A stretch of 63,998 bases of DNA, the filler included, from Dimargaris cristalligena (Eukaryota): the NCBI GenBank assembly GCA_003614675.1. It is 5 parts of 5 records of this genome, joined end to end, with 100 filler letters (N's around TTAATTAATTAA, not from the genome) between each part and the next. Parts side by side here need not be neighbours in the genome. Positions count along the whole stretch, not along the records: positions 52,346 to 63,998 come from ML003096.1; 4 more parts are not named here. The stretch is one strand, 5' to 3'. Positions 52,246 through 63,998 of this stretch are shown here, in pieces (positions within the stretch are counted from its first letter, which is position 1; each line of letters starts with the position of its first letter). Below the pieces are notes generated by a model. It made no database searches. It was not told the origin of the DNA and saw only the letters and a program-made list of their open reading frames with translations. The position numbers and the translations under genes are program-made.

Positions 52246-52345
52246 NNNNNNNNNNNNNNNNNNNNNNNNNNNNNNNNNNNNNNNNNNNNTTAATTAATTA
52301 ANNNNNNNNNNNNNNNNNNNNNNNNNNNNNNNNNNNNNNNNNNNN
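52246..52345. other. Artificial contig spacer
   Basis: N-run with TTAATTAATTAA. Confidence 0.97.
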
Positions 52346-52745
52346 ACTCCCGGGTAATCGTTGAGACAGTGGGCCTATATGTGGCTACTCTGTTACGTCC
52401 AGAGAATACAACTACCGGGCGTTAGACCTGCAACCGTGACAATCCCGCAATGTCAATCCCATGGACCATGAATTGTCTTGGTATCCATTTGTAGACTTGA
52501 AAATGCTCCACCGTTGCTTATTCCATCTTTGCTATACAATCCTTCCGCAGAGTGCTAGTGTCTACCCATCCCCGCATTCTAACCGTTTTCCTGTTGACAC
52601 CCCGTTTCCGTACATTCCTTCCAAATGGTAGACCTCCAGCCTTCTCACCAGTTAGCCCACCCATCCACCATACTATTACCCATTCGACTCTATTCCCAAG
52701 TGCATATACTGTGCGTGATTATTTCCTGTTGAAAGAAAATGTATT
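52346..52745 (+). repeat. Left arm of a long inverted repeat
   Basis: First 55 nt are the exact reverse complement of 63944-63998; similarity continues ~400 nt inward. Confidence 0.9.
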
Positions 52746-55467
52746 GTCTACGCTTTTGTTATTTTCAGTCCTTCAGTGCGCCAATACTGTGGTCTCATTA
52801 ATCATTGGTGAACTATTCGCAACTAAAATACATTCGATAGATTGAAACTTGGCTTGGCTAGTTCAAACTCAGGCATCCGGAACTAACTATTCCTACAAAA
52901 ACAATACCGCTGTTATTAAGCGAACTAATGAAATGCCTCTTTGCCGTTTTTAGGGATCTATTCTCTCTAGTTTTTTGACCATCTATAGTATCTAATGTAC
53001 CTTTTTCAGGTGGGCTGTACATCGACTTGCTTTTATTGGAAATGCAATGAAATAGGGGCTCTATGTGGCCTGTTGACAGTTGCTGGTTGTCATTAACCAC
53101 CTTGACTACGACTAGTGGACCAGACGCCTGGAGAACCGTTTTAGCTGAACCATGAAAACATTTCGAGCCGCTTAAGAGTGCGGTTTCCCCACGCCTCCTA
53201 CTATTTAGGTATCGGATTAATATAGCCCCACAATGATAAACCAGAGCGTCAGGTCGAATTTTTATCTAGTAAATCTTATATGCCATGCACAAGCTTTCGG
53301 ACACGGCGCTTTAAATGTGTTACAGTGATGTTGAGCTTTGCCCATTACACTGTTATACTACTCAAACGGATACATTTAGTCCCTAAATGCCTTTGATTTC
53401 TCCGTTACACCTCAAGCACAGCCACTCCATTCGTTGGCAGCATTTTGGGGCCCGCCCTGTCCATGCTGGTTAACTTATAGCCGTTGAGCATGGTGTTGTT
53501 CACACTTGATAATTGGGCCGTGTGGTCTTTCATGTGGCCCAATGGTTAACGAGTTCAGCCAGCGAAACGGGCACTTCGGCTCAACCACGACCGATTCCGA
53601 ATTCATTAATGAATCGAGGGCGCTGCATCCCTCCGTGGGGTTTTTTACACCCCTTTTGACTTGCCCCCCTCTCATTATTTTCGCTGCTTGACCGTCCATA
53701 ACCAATTTATTTTAATTTTGGGTGTTTGAAACAGCCGGTCCTTGTCACTCAGTGTCTTTATTTACAATACGGGTTAGCCAAAATCCAAAAAAAACAAACA
53801 TTTTACCTGTCTCCATAATAAATTGATAATGAAATTGTGGTTACTTCTTCCCTTTACTTTAGGTGAAACTGCCCTGAGGTATATACATGGTTTTTATTTC
53901 AGCTACATAACAATATACCCGTTTGACGGGAATGAATATGGAGGTTAAATATATATTTCCCACCTTCTCCCCTTTTTACATTACATCCAAAGTCCTATAC
54001 GGGCGTGTTAGCCTATACTCTGATGTATATTTTTTACCACTTTTCTTTTAAAAAACAAATTATGAGTTTCGGTTTATATATTTGCGTAAGCATACCCATT
54101 CGCTTCAATTGCCGATAAACCATTATTATGCCTGATTTTAAATTCGAATTTATGTATTTATGAGTGTGTCTTTCTAACGCATCTTGTATACCAGCAAACG
54201 AATGGTCCGTATGTCTTACAGTAGGAGAAAATATGAGGATAATATAAAAATACAACATTACCACTTCATTCCTTCTGACTGTTCCTATTTTTTTTTTGAA
54301 AGTAGGGCATTTGGTCTTAATCGCATGGTCGAATAGTCTACGTCATCTTTAACTATAGGAGACAGCTAAAGATAGCTTGGTTATAATTTTTTATTTTCAA
54401 GTCATCCCAGCCAAGTGTAATGGTATTACACCGATTTGATCTACGGTTCAGCGACGCACTTTTGGTGTATAGAAAGGTGGGGGTTGGGTAGACTCAGAAA
54501 ATATGGGTTTTTCCGACGGTTTAGTTCATTGCCTAGGGGACAGCGCAAGGCGTGCGGAAAAAAAGTTGCTAAAAGTAGAATTCTGTAAAACTCCTTCGGT
54601 ACAACGTACCACCACTGCTGCCTATGTAAGGGCGATAATAATAGAGGGGGGGCGAGGCCACCAATGCCCATTGCTTAACTATGCCCTTTCCACCCCCCCT
54701 ACCTATTTGAGCCTATACGAAGACTGTGCGACGAGGCCAGCTGGGCAGTAGAGCGAGGGATGCGAAAGGGGAGGGGCGGCACAGGGAACTTGTAAGGCTA
54801 CTGCTAAAGCGAGATGGTTAGTACGACCACGTTAATGTGTAACCCCTCTGTGGCCCTCCCTGTTCCACGCCCGGGCCTTCGTCCGACGACCCACAGGAAC
54901 GAATAAGTTAGGCGAAGGCGTATGCCAATTTTCGACGGTTTCACTGCGTTACGGCTTGGCACGGAGGGGAAAGGGGTACATAGTATCGCTCGCCAATCGA
55001 TTGGAAGGCAGAGAGCGGAGCAGTCGCTGGCTGTAGCACAATCGGTACCCTTCTCTTTCTCCTCCTTTCCCCTCGATGCTGCACTCCTCTCCTGCGGCTT
55101 AAGATTTGACGACTATCACTCGCTGTCCGCCGCAACACAGGTACAACCCTTCCCCAGCGTTGTCTCTCGTTCGTACGGCGTATTATAAAAGGGACTGTGT
55201 GCGGCCCTTTGGTCACCATCTCATACTTCGATAACTTGTCATCCGCACTTCCCCCCTCCTCTCTCCCTTAGTTTCCTTTCCCCTCACCCCTGCTTAGTGG
55301 CACATTACTGCCATCAACTGATTTTTTATCGGTACTGACATTACAATCCACTAAACTATACTTTTAGTACCGACTCTTTGATTTGTATTGAACCCCCCCC
55401 CTTCTACATCGTAATACACCATATTTAACCAACAATTTACATATTCTCTTACACACAGCCAATAACC

Positions 55468-56580
55468 ATGAGGATTGCTCTACCCATCTGTCATATTTTT
55501 ATGACAGCGGTTGTTTTAGCTAGCGTCGCCGCGGATACCCCGCCAACCTCCGACGACCCACAACTATCTTTAGTGCCCTTTAGCTTGTGGTCCGGTCAAG
55601 AAAATGAATACCTCACCACCGCTGACACTAGCAGTTCGCGACAAGGTCTTGGTCTTAGCAGCATCAGTCCCATCCCTGTAGGTGACTACCGAAACAAGAA
55701 ACAGGACAACGAGCTTTCCCAATTCAATCCCAACCAGGATTGCGAAGAGAAACACTATGACTTCAGCGACCCCAAAGATCTCGATGCCTTCCGCATTGAA
55801 AGCTGTGCGCAAAACGTGCGGGTGGAGGACGGGTCTTTGGCCATGGATATCACCCCCGAGTGTAAAGCCGCGACCATTGGTTACCGAGTGCTTATGAGCG
55901 AAGGTCGGGTCACCGCTCGCATGCGCGCGCCCAACATGAACGGCACCGTCACCTGCATGATTATGATGGGTACACACATTCAGGATGAAATCGATATCGA
56001 AATTGTGGGGTCCAGTCTCGGGGTCGTCCAAACCATGCTTTGGAGCAACGGGGAACGCATTCCCGGCTACGAGCGCTCCCAAAATGACCAGGTCCCCCAT
56101 AGCGACGCGTCCCGGGGCTTTATTGAATTCGCCATCGAATTTACCCACGAGTACATCGCCTGGTTCATGAACGGGGAACTGATTCGAGTGATTCGCAAGG
56201 ACCAGATTTTGGTGCTCCCCACGTTCGCTAATGAACTGAAATTCGGACTGTGGGACGGAAGTGACTTCGGTTTCTGGGCCGGCACCGTGGACTACAGCGT
56301 GACCCCCAAATTTACGGCGTACGTCGATTCCATGACGGTGAAGCCCTTTGGGGAATGTGGCGTGCGAACGGACGAACAGTACATAAGCCAGAAGAAGAAC
56401 CCCGTCAAGTACGAAGGGCCACTGTTTGAAATGAAGGGACCGATACCCGCTATCAACCGGAATGAAGACTACCACACCCCAGCCTCATCATCATCCTCCT
56501 CCTCGCGGATGACGGGTTGGTTTTTACCCTTGACCCTGTCCTTAGGCCTGGCCGCTTGGTTATCGAGTGGACGTCACTGA
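55468..56580 (+). CDS. Secreted, probably GPI-anchored glycoside hydrolase family 16 protein (Crh/Utr2-like)
   Basis: Signal peptide; catalytic DEIDIE motif; GLWDG..WAG; Ser-rich linker and hydrophobic C-terminal tail; intronless. Confidence 0.88.
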   Translation: MRIALPICHIFMTAVVLASVAADTPPTSDDPQLSLVPFSLWSGQENEYLTTADTSSSRQGLGLSSISPIPVGDYRNKKQDNELSQFNPNQDCEEKHYDFSDPKDLDAFRIESCAQNVRVEDGSLAMDITPECKAATIGYRVLMSEGRVTARMRAPNMNGTVTCMIMMGTHIQDEIDIEIVGSSLGVVQTMLWSNGERIPGYERSQNDQVPHSDASRGFIEFAIEFTHEYIAWFMNGELIRVIRKDQILVLPTFANELKFGLWDGSDFGFWAGTVDYSVTPKFTAYVDSMTVKPFGECGVRTDEQYISQKKNPVKYEGPLFEMKGPIPAINRNEDYHTPASSSSSSSRMTGWFLPLTLSLGLAAWLSSGRH

Positions 56581-57028
56581 TTGTTAGTTTTAAGTTTACT
56601 CCCTGTTTTTATTGTCATGCTTCTGCAACTCCCTGTTACTCGGGCATGCTCTGTTCCATGATGTTCGTTCAGAAACATACACGATCATTATTACTAGTTT
56701 TACTTCGCTTGCTTATGTTTTTTTGACATGGGCATAATCCGCCCAATGTAGATACACGCTTACTTATATTCGATAACCCCCCCTCCACCCCTTTGTAGGC
56801 GTCCTGTAAATATAACAAAATGCCCTATATAAATACGTTTACATATAATAGAAGGCCGAACACTCGGAATGTGAATTTCAGTCACATCCATGTGGATAAA
56901 GAGATTATAGATATGCCAGTACTAAAGCACACCTAGTGGGATTTATAAATCAGCAAAACGGTCGCTTGAAGTGCAGCTGAACCAAGTAGAGGGGCGCGCC
57001 AACAAAGAGCGAGGCATAATAGCAGTAG

Positions 57029-58581
57029 CTAATAGTAAAGCTTAATGAGTTCATCACTCACCCCCGAGGGTGTCAGGACCCCCAAGTCCGTGATTAGAAG
57101 TGTGATAAACGACGGTGGCGTGCAATCCACCCACGGGTTTGTCTTGGCCAGGCCCAAGGCAGCCCCGTCCAGCTACATTGAGTTGGCATCGGACAAGGAA
57201 GGCGAAGGGGAAGCGTCGGACTGTGGCGAATCGAACGGTAGGATCTGAGCCGTATGCATGGGTAAATCAAACTGGTTAAGGGGGAACAACGGGCACAGGT
57301 TTGTGGCTTTCCGCCACAGCGTAGAAGGGTTTGCGGGCGGCTTTTGCAATGGTGGAAATCTGGTAGGAACCGATTTGGTTAATGAGGCTATCATTTTCCA
57401 CCACCCCTTCGACACCCACGAGGTCAAAATCCGTAACTTACATTATGTAACCAACGGTAAAGTTGAGGACGACTGTACAGGGAATGTCGGCATGGCTTAA
57501 ATGGACGGCGGTACGGTAATCGCTGTTGATAGGTCGGGCTTCGGTCATGTAAACGCGGGACTACGAATATACCAAAATGGTCTGTGGTTTAGTGGGTAGA
57601 CCGGCGAGGTAGAGAAACACGAATGTACGAGTGGTTAATAGTTAGTATTGTATATTATAATCACACCGGCAATGTAGGATAAAATAGTTTGGATTGAACC
57701 AGGTCAGAAGTATTGCCAGGGAGCCCTTTAGTTTTCGTCGTTGACCAGTTCTGATTGAATGGTCCGGTATATAGACTAGAATAATTGGGTTGCTGACCGA
57801 GTCATCGCGGATGAAAGGTTTACCTAATTCGGCGATACTTTCGCGGCACGAGGCAGCTTTCTCGACAAACTTAGTGCCCAGGTTGATGAGGTTTTGGTGG
57901 CATTCCTCCACATTGGCATCAGTCATACGGGTTACGGCTTGTATTGTTACGTTTGGTCGAGGTGGACTAGTATTTAAGGGAGCCGAGTAGGGCATGAGGT
58001 TTTTTAAGATATATATGATTATTTTATTAGAACATAAAGAACCCATGTTATGACGAGTTAACCCTTATTTTATACTCTGGGCACGTTAGTATTGATGGTA
58101 AGTCTTGTAACTGTTCGCTCCCCGCTTGGCGGTGCACTCTCACTGAGGGAGTCAGGAGACCCCTCTGGTTCAGGAGGACTGATTCCCTCTAATGGTTGCA
58201 GTATGAACAAATACTACCCAACGACCAGGGGAACGGGGTTCCGGGCGGATGATTTGAGGACCTGGGCGATATCCTGGGCCATTACTACAAACTCGGAGGT
58301 AGTTGAGGCTGTAGGTTCGACCAGGTTGGGCGGGAATGATGATAGATGGTATAAAGAACGAGTCTAATGGTGGATTAGCAAGTGTTTGGGATGGTGAAGA
58401 GGGGTATTCAAGAGCCTCGGAGAGTGACTTCAAAGGTAACTTTATAGCCGACTGGGACGCAGTCGGTACACGCTGTGGCTCCTGGTACTCAGAAAAGGAG
58501 GATTGGGCATATTTAACCTACCTTGCGACCGATGAATAAATTCTACCAGGGACTGCACTGCGGCCACGGGCATAGACATAC
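57029..58581 (-). pseudogene. GCN3: Disrupted translation initiation factor eIF2B alpha subunit copy
   Basis: Exons read [98 protein letters not shown] (frameshift) [44 protein letters not shown]. Confidence 0.85.
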
Positions 58582-59567
58582 CTTGTTTATGTGGATAAAG
58601 GTTGGGGATATAGGCAGATGAATCCAATGAAATACTGGTATACACACAAAAGCTTTAGACTGGGTCCATTATGTCGATTGTACTGCCAGTAGACGACGTC
58701 GGCGAACTGGGACGCGTGCAGGGAAAATCAACGTCGAGGGGTCTATGTGACATTGTTCCCATACCGGGATAGCTAGCGTTGACGTCGCTGTTGGAAAAAG
58801 AGCGGGGTAGCTTCTTGGGCCATGTCGAATAGGTAATGCTATTGGATTGTCTCGGAGTATAAAGAACTGGTCTATTTCACAAAGTCCGTAAGTGAATGCG
58901 AAACTGAGCCTCAATAAAAATAGAGCGGTGGTTATAAATGGGCACCAATGCTGGAAGTCGAGCTGTTTCATTAGGTCCCTATTCGTTCCACAGTCTTGCC
59001 AAGCCCTTCCTATCTGTAAGTAACCTGGCTGTCAATATTGAACCGAGTTCCTGGGTGACTGTTCTGTACCGATTGCCTTTTTGACCACGATACGGAGGTC
59101 ACGTGCCGTAGAAGATATGGCAAAGGACTCTAGGTCAGTGAGGAAGGGGGCCAAAGTAGCGATAGCTTCAGATGTGAATTTTCCATACTGATTGTAACTG
59201 TGGTCCAATTAGGAGGAATTCAGCTCCGCAGGCTGCTTTATAGGTCAGTCAGTTGCCTAGCCTCTTCTTCACCTATCCTGCTATTTCATTGTTGTGGGCC
59301 CTGTGGGTTGTTGTACAACAGTCTCATTCCCTTTCCTTTCCTTTTCTTGAATTCTTTTAACCTACTACTATCCCGTAAAGCTGTTGTTGTGGGGCTCCTT
59401 TCACATGCCCCCAGTCCCATTTGTCCGCTGACAGTGCTATTCCAGCCAACCCCTTTTAGGACCAGTTTGAAAGGCGACTGCTGCGGCTTTACCTGATAAC
59501 GACAACACTTAAAGACCTTCCCTCACTTCATAGAAACAACTCGTAAATTGGGTCTGTAAAAGTCACC

Positions 59568-62500
59568 ATGTCGCATACTGAGTCAGGCCGATCGTCTCAC
59601 AGGTAATACGGTTTTCATTCATGACTTATGCTGGTTTCTAATAATTACCCGTTTCTAACCACCTGGTCTTTCGGGCAACCAAATAGCCAAACTATTTTAA
59701 TTGCTTTAGTATGCTAACGCTAGAACATACCCCTATTAATCCACATCTATGACCACTGGTTCTACAGGAAGCGAAAGGCAGGCGACTATTCATATGAAGA
59801 TGGGGGCGATTCAGGGTCCGATGCCGATTTTAGCCCTCAAGGTATCGGAGTGCGGAAAAGTAAATGTAAGAACTAGGGGTCACTACTGTACATTATCGAC
59901 TTAACTATTAAAGACAATTGCACTGCTTCCGAACTCTATCAGGACGATTGAATGATGGCTCTCTAGTGAGTTGACTATCTATTCTATTGACGACCTTAGT
60001 TTCTGCTTTTCCATTGAAATATCTTGTATGACTACTAAAATCCCTTAGCCAGCGATTATCGGAAGCCGGACGACGGCGATGAATTCTTTGGCGGCGATTG
60101 TACCCAGAACGCTTCATCAGCCCCCGTCTCACGGATGGGATCCGATCTTGCCAGGTAACGATAAACAGCTTCTAACATCTATCTCTTTTTTCCTCTCGTT
60201 ATTTGAGTAATTCGCAAAATTATGGGTTTGTACCACCAGCGAAGGATTGCCATGTGCTAAAGCTACTCAGCTTTCACCCACCTTAGTTTTGCTGGCTCTA
60301 ACTACAATTTTACGGCCCATTTCATTCACTATCATGATAAACTGCTAATGTAACTGCCGCAGCAGGCGAAATCGATCCCGTCGCTCTCGAAAACAGGAGG
60401 ATGATGACTTGGAACTGGCTATTCGGCTATCGTTGATCGAGGCGGAAAAGTCACATGATCCCCAGACAGCCGCTGCATCGGACCAGCCCGGTGCCCGCCA
60501 GACCACACCTCCTTCTGCACTGGCACCCGTCACTGCTGCACCTTTTGAAACCGACCAGGCTACTAGGACTCCTCCCATCGCCCTTCCTGGAAATATGGGA
60601 GTCAGCTTTACCCGAAGAAATAATACCCCGCACTCACCTGTTCCATTTGAAACCCCCCATTCGCTCAAACCACATGCACCAACTAGTACCTCCCAGTTCG
60701 TTTCTTTTAACCAAGCTCGGCAACTCGCTCTTTCTAACTTTACCTCGGACACCTCTATTTCTTTAAACGCTGGCAGTGTTGCCTCCTCCTCAAGTACTGG
60801 CCGGCCCGAAGGCCATTCCAATTTACACCCGGACAGTCCACCTACTCATTTGTCCATTCCACTTTCACCACCGCCGCGACTTTCTCAGTCCATTGCCGAT
60901 ACCGAGGTTGACCCTTTTCCCATTTCCCCAGCCGAAAGTTCGTCTAGCTCTACCAATAGTATCGCCAACCTTCTCAACCCCGTGCCCCCGGCCTCACCCA
61001 CCATGCCTACTCGACGAACCCGGTCCAATTCCCGTACCACCGAAGCTTCGGAAGCTCCGGCACCCTCTACCTCTGATACAACTACCATTATGGTGCCTTC
61101 TAACCCCACCATCTCCGACCACGAGCCCACCACCCCAGTGCGGCGAGCCCGTTCCACTCGCAAGGCTGCGCAAAAGCCACCCAAATATACGTTCGATGAA
61201 CCGCCGGCCAACAAATACGCTGCCAAGGATGAGGATAGGGAGAGTAGTGACGACTTCGAGAGTTTCCCCAGCTCCGGGAGGGCGATTCGTAAAGCGAAAA
61301 CGACTAAAACGGCCAACTCCCCGGCAAATCAATCACGGACCACAAAGGCGGCGGCAACTGAGAAACCGGGCCCAGCCTCAGTAAAGGCTAGACGAGTTGT
61401 TGCTGCTGCGGCGGCAGAGTCCATAACCCCGCTTCGTTCCAGACGTCACGTGATTTTGCCACCGTCCGGGCTCCACGATAATTCCGATAGTGATCTTACC
61501 GATCTTCCTGACTCGGACACACTCGATGAACAGACACCTCGGCCCAGCAGAACGAAATCGCAGCCTCCCAACACGTCCCAGGTTGATAATCCATTCAATC
61601 ATACAAGCCCCTCGACTGATCAGAATCCCCCAGCATTGGCCCAGATTCGCTCCTCTGCTAGCCACCAACCGGCCAAATTAAATGGGCAGCCTATATCTGG
61701 GGATGAAAACGATGAAGGGAGTGCTGTCGACCTTGATCTTGGTGATGATGATACAGATGATGAAGAAGATGGCGAAGGCTGTGAGGAGGAAAACGAAGCC
61801 ACTGACAGTGACAATGAAGATGAATTTATGGAACCATCTACTAAAAAAACTTCTAGTAAATCGACTGCTGCTCCAAAAGGCAAAGTATCAGTTAAGCGGA
61901 AACCCTCAGTAGCTTCCATAACACCCACTGCTGTGTCAGTTCACAAGAAACTAGTAACTCGACCATCAACTCCTTCAACTACTGAGCTCCTCCGGAACAA
62001 GGTAAGCTATGCCCAGCCTCCCCCTCGTCAACTGGACTGCTGTTTCGGATTTCTAACAATACTGACATGACCTCCCCCCACTACTCTAGTGCATCCCCAT
62101 ATTTCATATGTATCCCGTCTAATGACTTCGTAAACTGTACCATGTTCACTGTTATTAATCGGTTGGCCGCCTTCCTAGTCTAATGGGTCAGGTAAGTATA
62201 TGCCCTATTAAATAGCCATGGGGAAGCCCTAATCAATATAGCGGCCAATGGCCTCGGTTTTCCTCAATGGGTAGTCACATCTAACCACTTTTACGTTTTC
62301 CGTCTTCTGCGCAACCCTCCCCTCTGCTCAACAGCACTATCGCCGAAAACGGGTTTATTGCGACGCACTGTTTCCAAGCCTCGTAAGTAACTGTCCATCA
62401 TTTACTTACATCATTTCATACAGTTTTCCAGGCTGCTACAGAGTGTGATACTGGATATGCTTCGAAGGGGGCTGGAAACATAATATCCATTTCAATATTT

Positions 62501-62686
62501 CGTCAGTATACATGTTTCCTTCTAATCACACTTTCCAACCTTCAATCTATTGAAATGCTAATTGCCGGAATAGAATCAACTATACCGCTGGCTTCCCTCA
62601 ATTTACCAGGCACCCCAGTAAGGCGAGTAGGGTTGTCACGACGTCGACCGGGTGGTCCCAAATTACACGCATACTTAAAAGAATAG
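59568..62686 (+). CDS. Disordered UIM-containing protein with C-terminal RAD51AP1-like motif (7 exons: from 59568, ~59768, ~60049, ~60363-62001, 13-nt microexon ~62180, ~62336, 62610-62686)
   Basis: UIM-like EDDDLELAIRLSLIE; acidic/basic low-complexity body; last exon RTPVRRVGLSRRRPGGPKLHAYL; splice phases chain consistently. Confidence 0.65.
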
Positions 62687-63135
62687 TGGAACCATCAGAA
62701 TAACAAGCAACCCATACATATTCCCTTATATTTTGAAATAAATTAGTATGAAATAATCAGATATAGCATATATACGCTCCCTTCTGGGTTAGAGAAAGAT
62801 TGATTTGAACAATCATTAACTATAATTTAAATAGATTCTGTAGTTAAGAGAAGTAAAGGTAAAACTGTGGCCACATATAATATATTGCAACTATATTAGT
62901 TAATATAATTAACCGCTCCAGTCAAAATGGTTCTGCCTATTTAATCTCAAAAAAAAAAAAAAAAAGTGGCTAAATGACCATAAGTAGTGGCGTAATGGGC
63001 AATATTTAAAGGATATTTGGCCTAACAGGCCAGCTCCTTGCTATGTAGAAGTATAGGTAAGAGAGGTATATGGTAAAATATGAAGTATTGGAGAAATGTG
63101 CGATGTATCATTGTATATGAAAAAAAATAACCCGA

Positions 63136-63255
63136 TATGGGAGTAGTTCAACAAGGCTGTATAACGAAAAATCCATTTGATGAGGCAAGTACTACTGGTT
63201 GAAAATAAACATCCCACCAATTTTCCCATACACATATCGGTTTAACCCTTATACA
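63136..63255 (-). repeat. Inverted copy of repeat family E
   Basis: GCTGTATAACGAAAAATCCATT, TTTTCCCATACACATAT and AACCCTTATA are reverse complements of blocks in 39253-39730. Confidence 0.65.
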
Positions 63256-63599
63256 ACCAAACTGAACTTTACCCATATCTAGATTCATCTCTGTTAAGCC
63301 AAACTAGACTTGTCCTTCAGTAAAAAGAAGCGACCGTCGAGATGCCCCATAGAACCATTACTTTACAGCATATTTAAGAAGGAAGGCACAATAATGTAGG
63401 GCTGGTCCTATAATACCATAGTCCAACATATATCAGGGAATCTGGAAGGAATAAAAAACATATAGTCCAAAGCATTAAATATTGTTTTGGCGACATATTT
63501 GATACCAAAGTTACCAGTATCGTAGCTAGGATTAACTTACCAATGGCTAATGTAAGAATGGTACCATTACAATGAAGGACCGGTGGATACAGCTGTGAA

Positions 63600-63998
63600 G
63601 GCATTTATTTTTAATCCAACATGAATTAACGTACACAGTTTTCAAGCTAATAGACAGAAATGAATAGAAAATTGTATGGTGGTTGAATGGGCTCGCCAGT
63701 GACAGGGGTAGTAGCCTACCATTTGGAAGGAATGTTAAGAAGTAGACTGATAATGGGAAAACGTCTAGAAGGCAGGAATGGGTAGACACTGGCACTCTGC
63801 CGAAGGATTGTATAGCAAAGATGGAATAAGCAACGGTGGAGCATTGCCAAGGCTATAAATTAATAAGGCACACCATGGTCCATCGGACTGGGCATACGGG
63901 ATTGGCATGGGTGTACGTCCAATGCCTGGTAGTCATATAATTAGGACGTAACAGAGTAGCCACATATAGGCCCACTGTCTCAACGATTACCCGGGAGT
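63600..63998 (-). repeat. Right arm of the long inverted repeat
   Basis: Reverse complement of 52346-52745; includes the near-identical block GGATTGTATAGCAAAGATGGAATAAGCAACGGTGGAGCATT. Confidence 0.9.

Noticed and set aside
55570..56475. 301-aa antisense ORF (and similar ones at 17544-18254, 40717-41103, 60345-61384)
   Set aside because: Shadow frames of GC3-rich genes with no recognisable motifs

Overview
Eukaryotic, intron-rich fungal DNA, probably from an early-diverging (Zoopagomycota/Mucoromycota-like) species; the taxon is an inference. The window is five separate contigs (1-12913, 13014-26033, 26134-39152, 39253-52245, 52346-63998) joined by artificial 100-nt N/TTAATTAATTAA/N spacers, so adjacency across spacers has no biological meaning. 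Housekeeping genes: MAD1, a minimal velvet protein, RPN9, a tandem-START membrane protein, USB1, NPL4 (truncated), glutathione peroxidase, TMEM14, HAP3/NF-YB, an Atg14/UVRAG-like protein, a GPI-anchored GH16 and a RAD51AP1-like protein. Contig 3 is the most interesting. It is a transposon-rich island with a tandem array of genes encoding signal peptide + F-box + unknown ~380-400 aa domain (two intact copies, one pseudogene), which are candidate secreted SCF-hijacking effectors. The repeats are nested solo-LTR-like elements whose copies differ mostly by C-to-T/G-to-A changes at CpG and CpA (RIP- or methylation-like). Contig 5 is bracketed by ~400-bp inverted repeats and carries a decayed eIF2B-alpha (GCN3) copy. 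Exon boundaries were read by eye.
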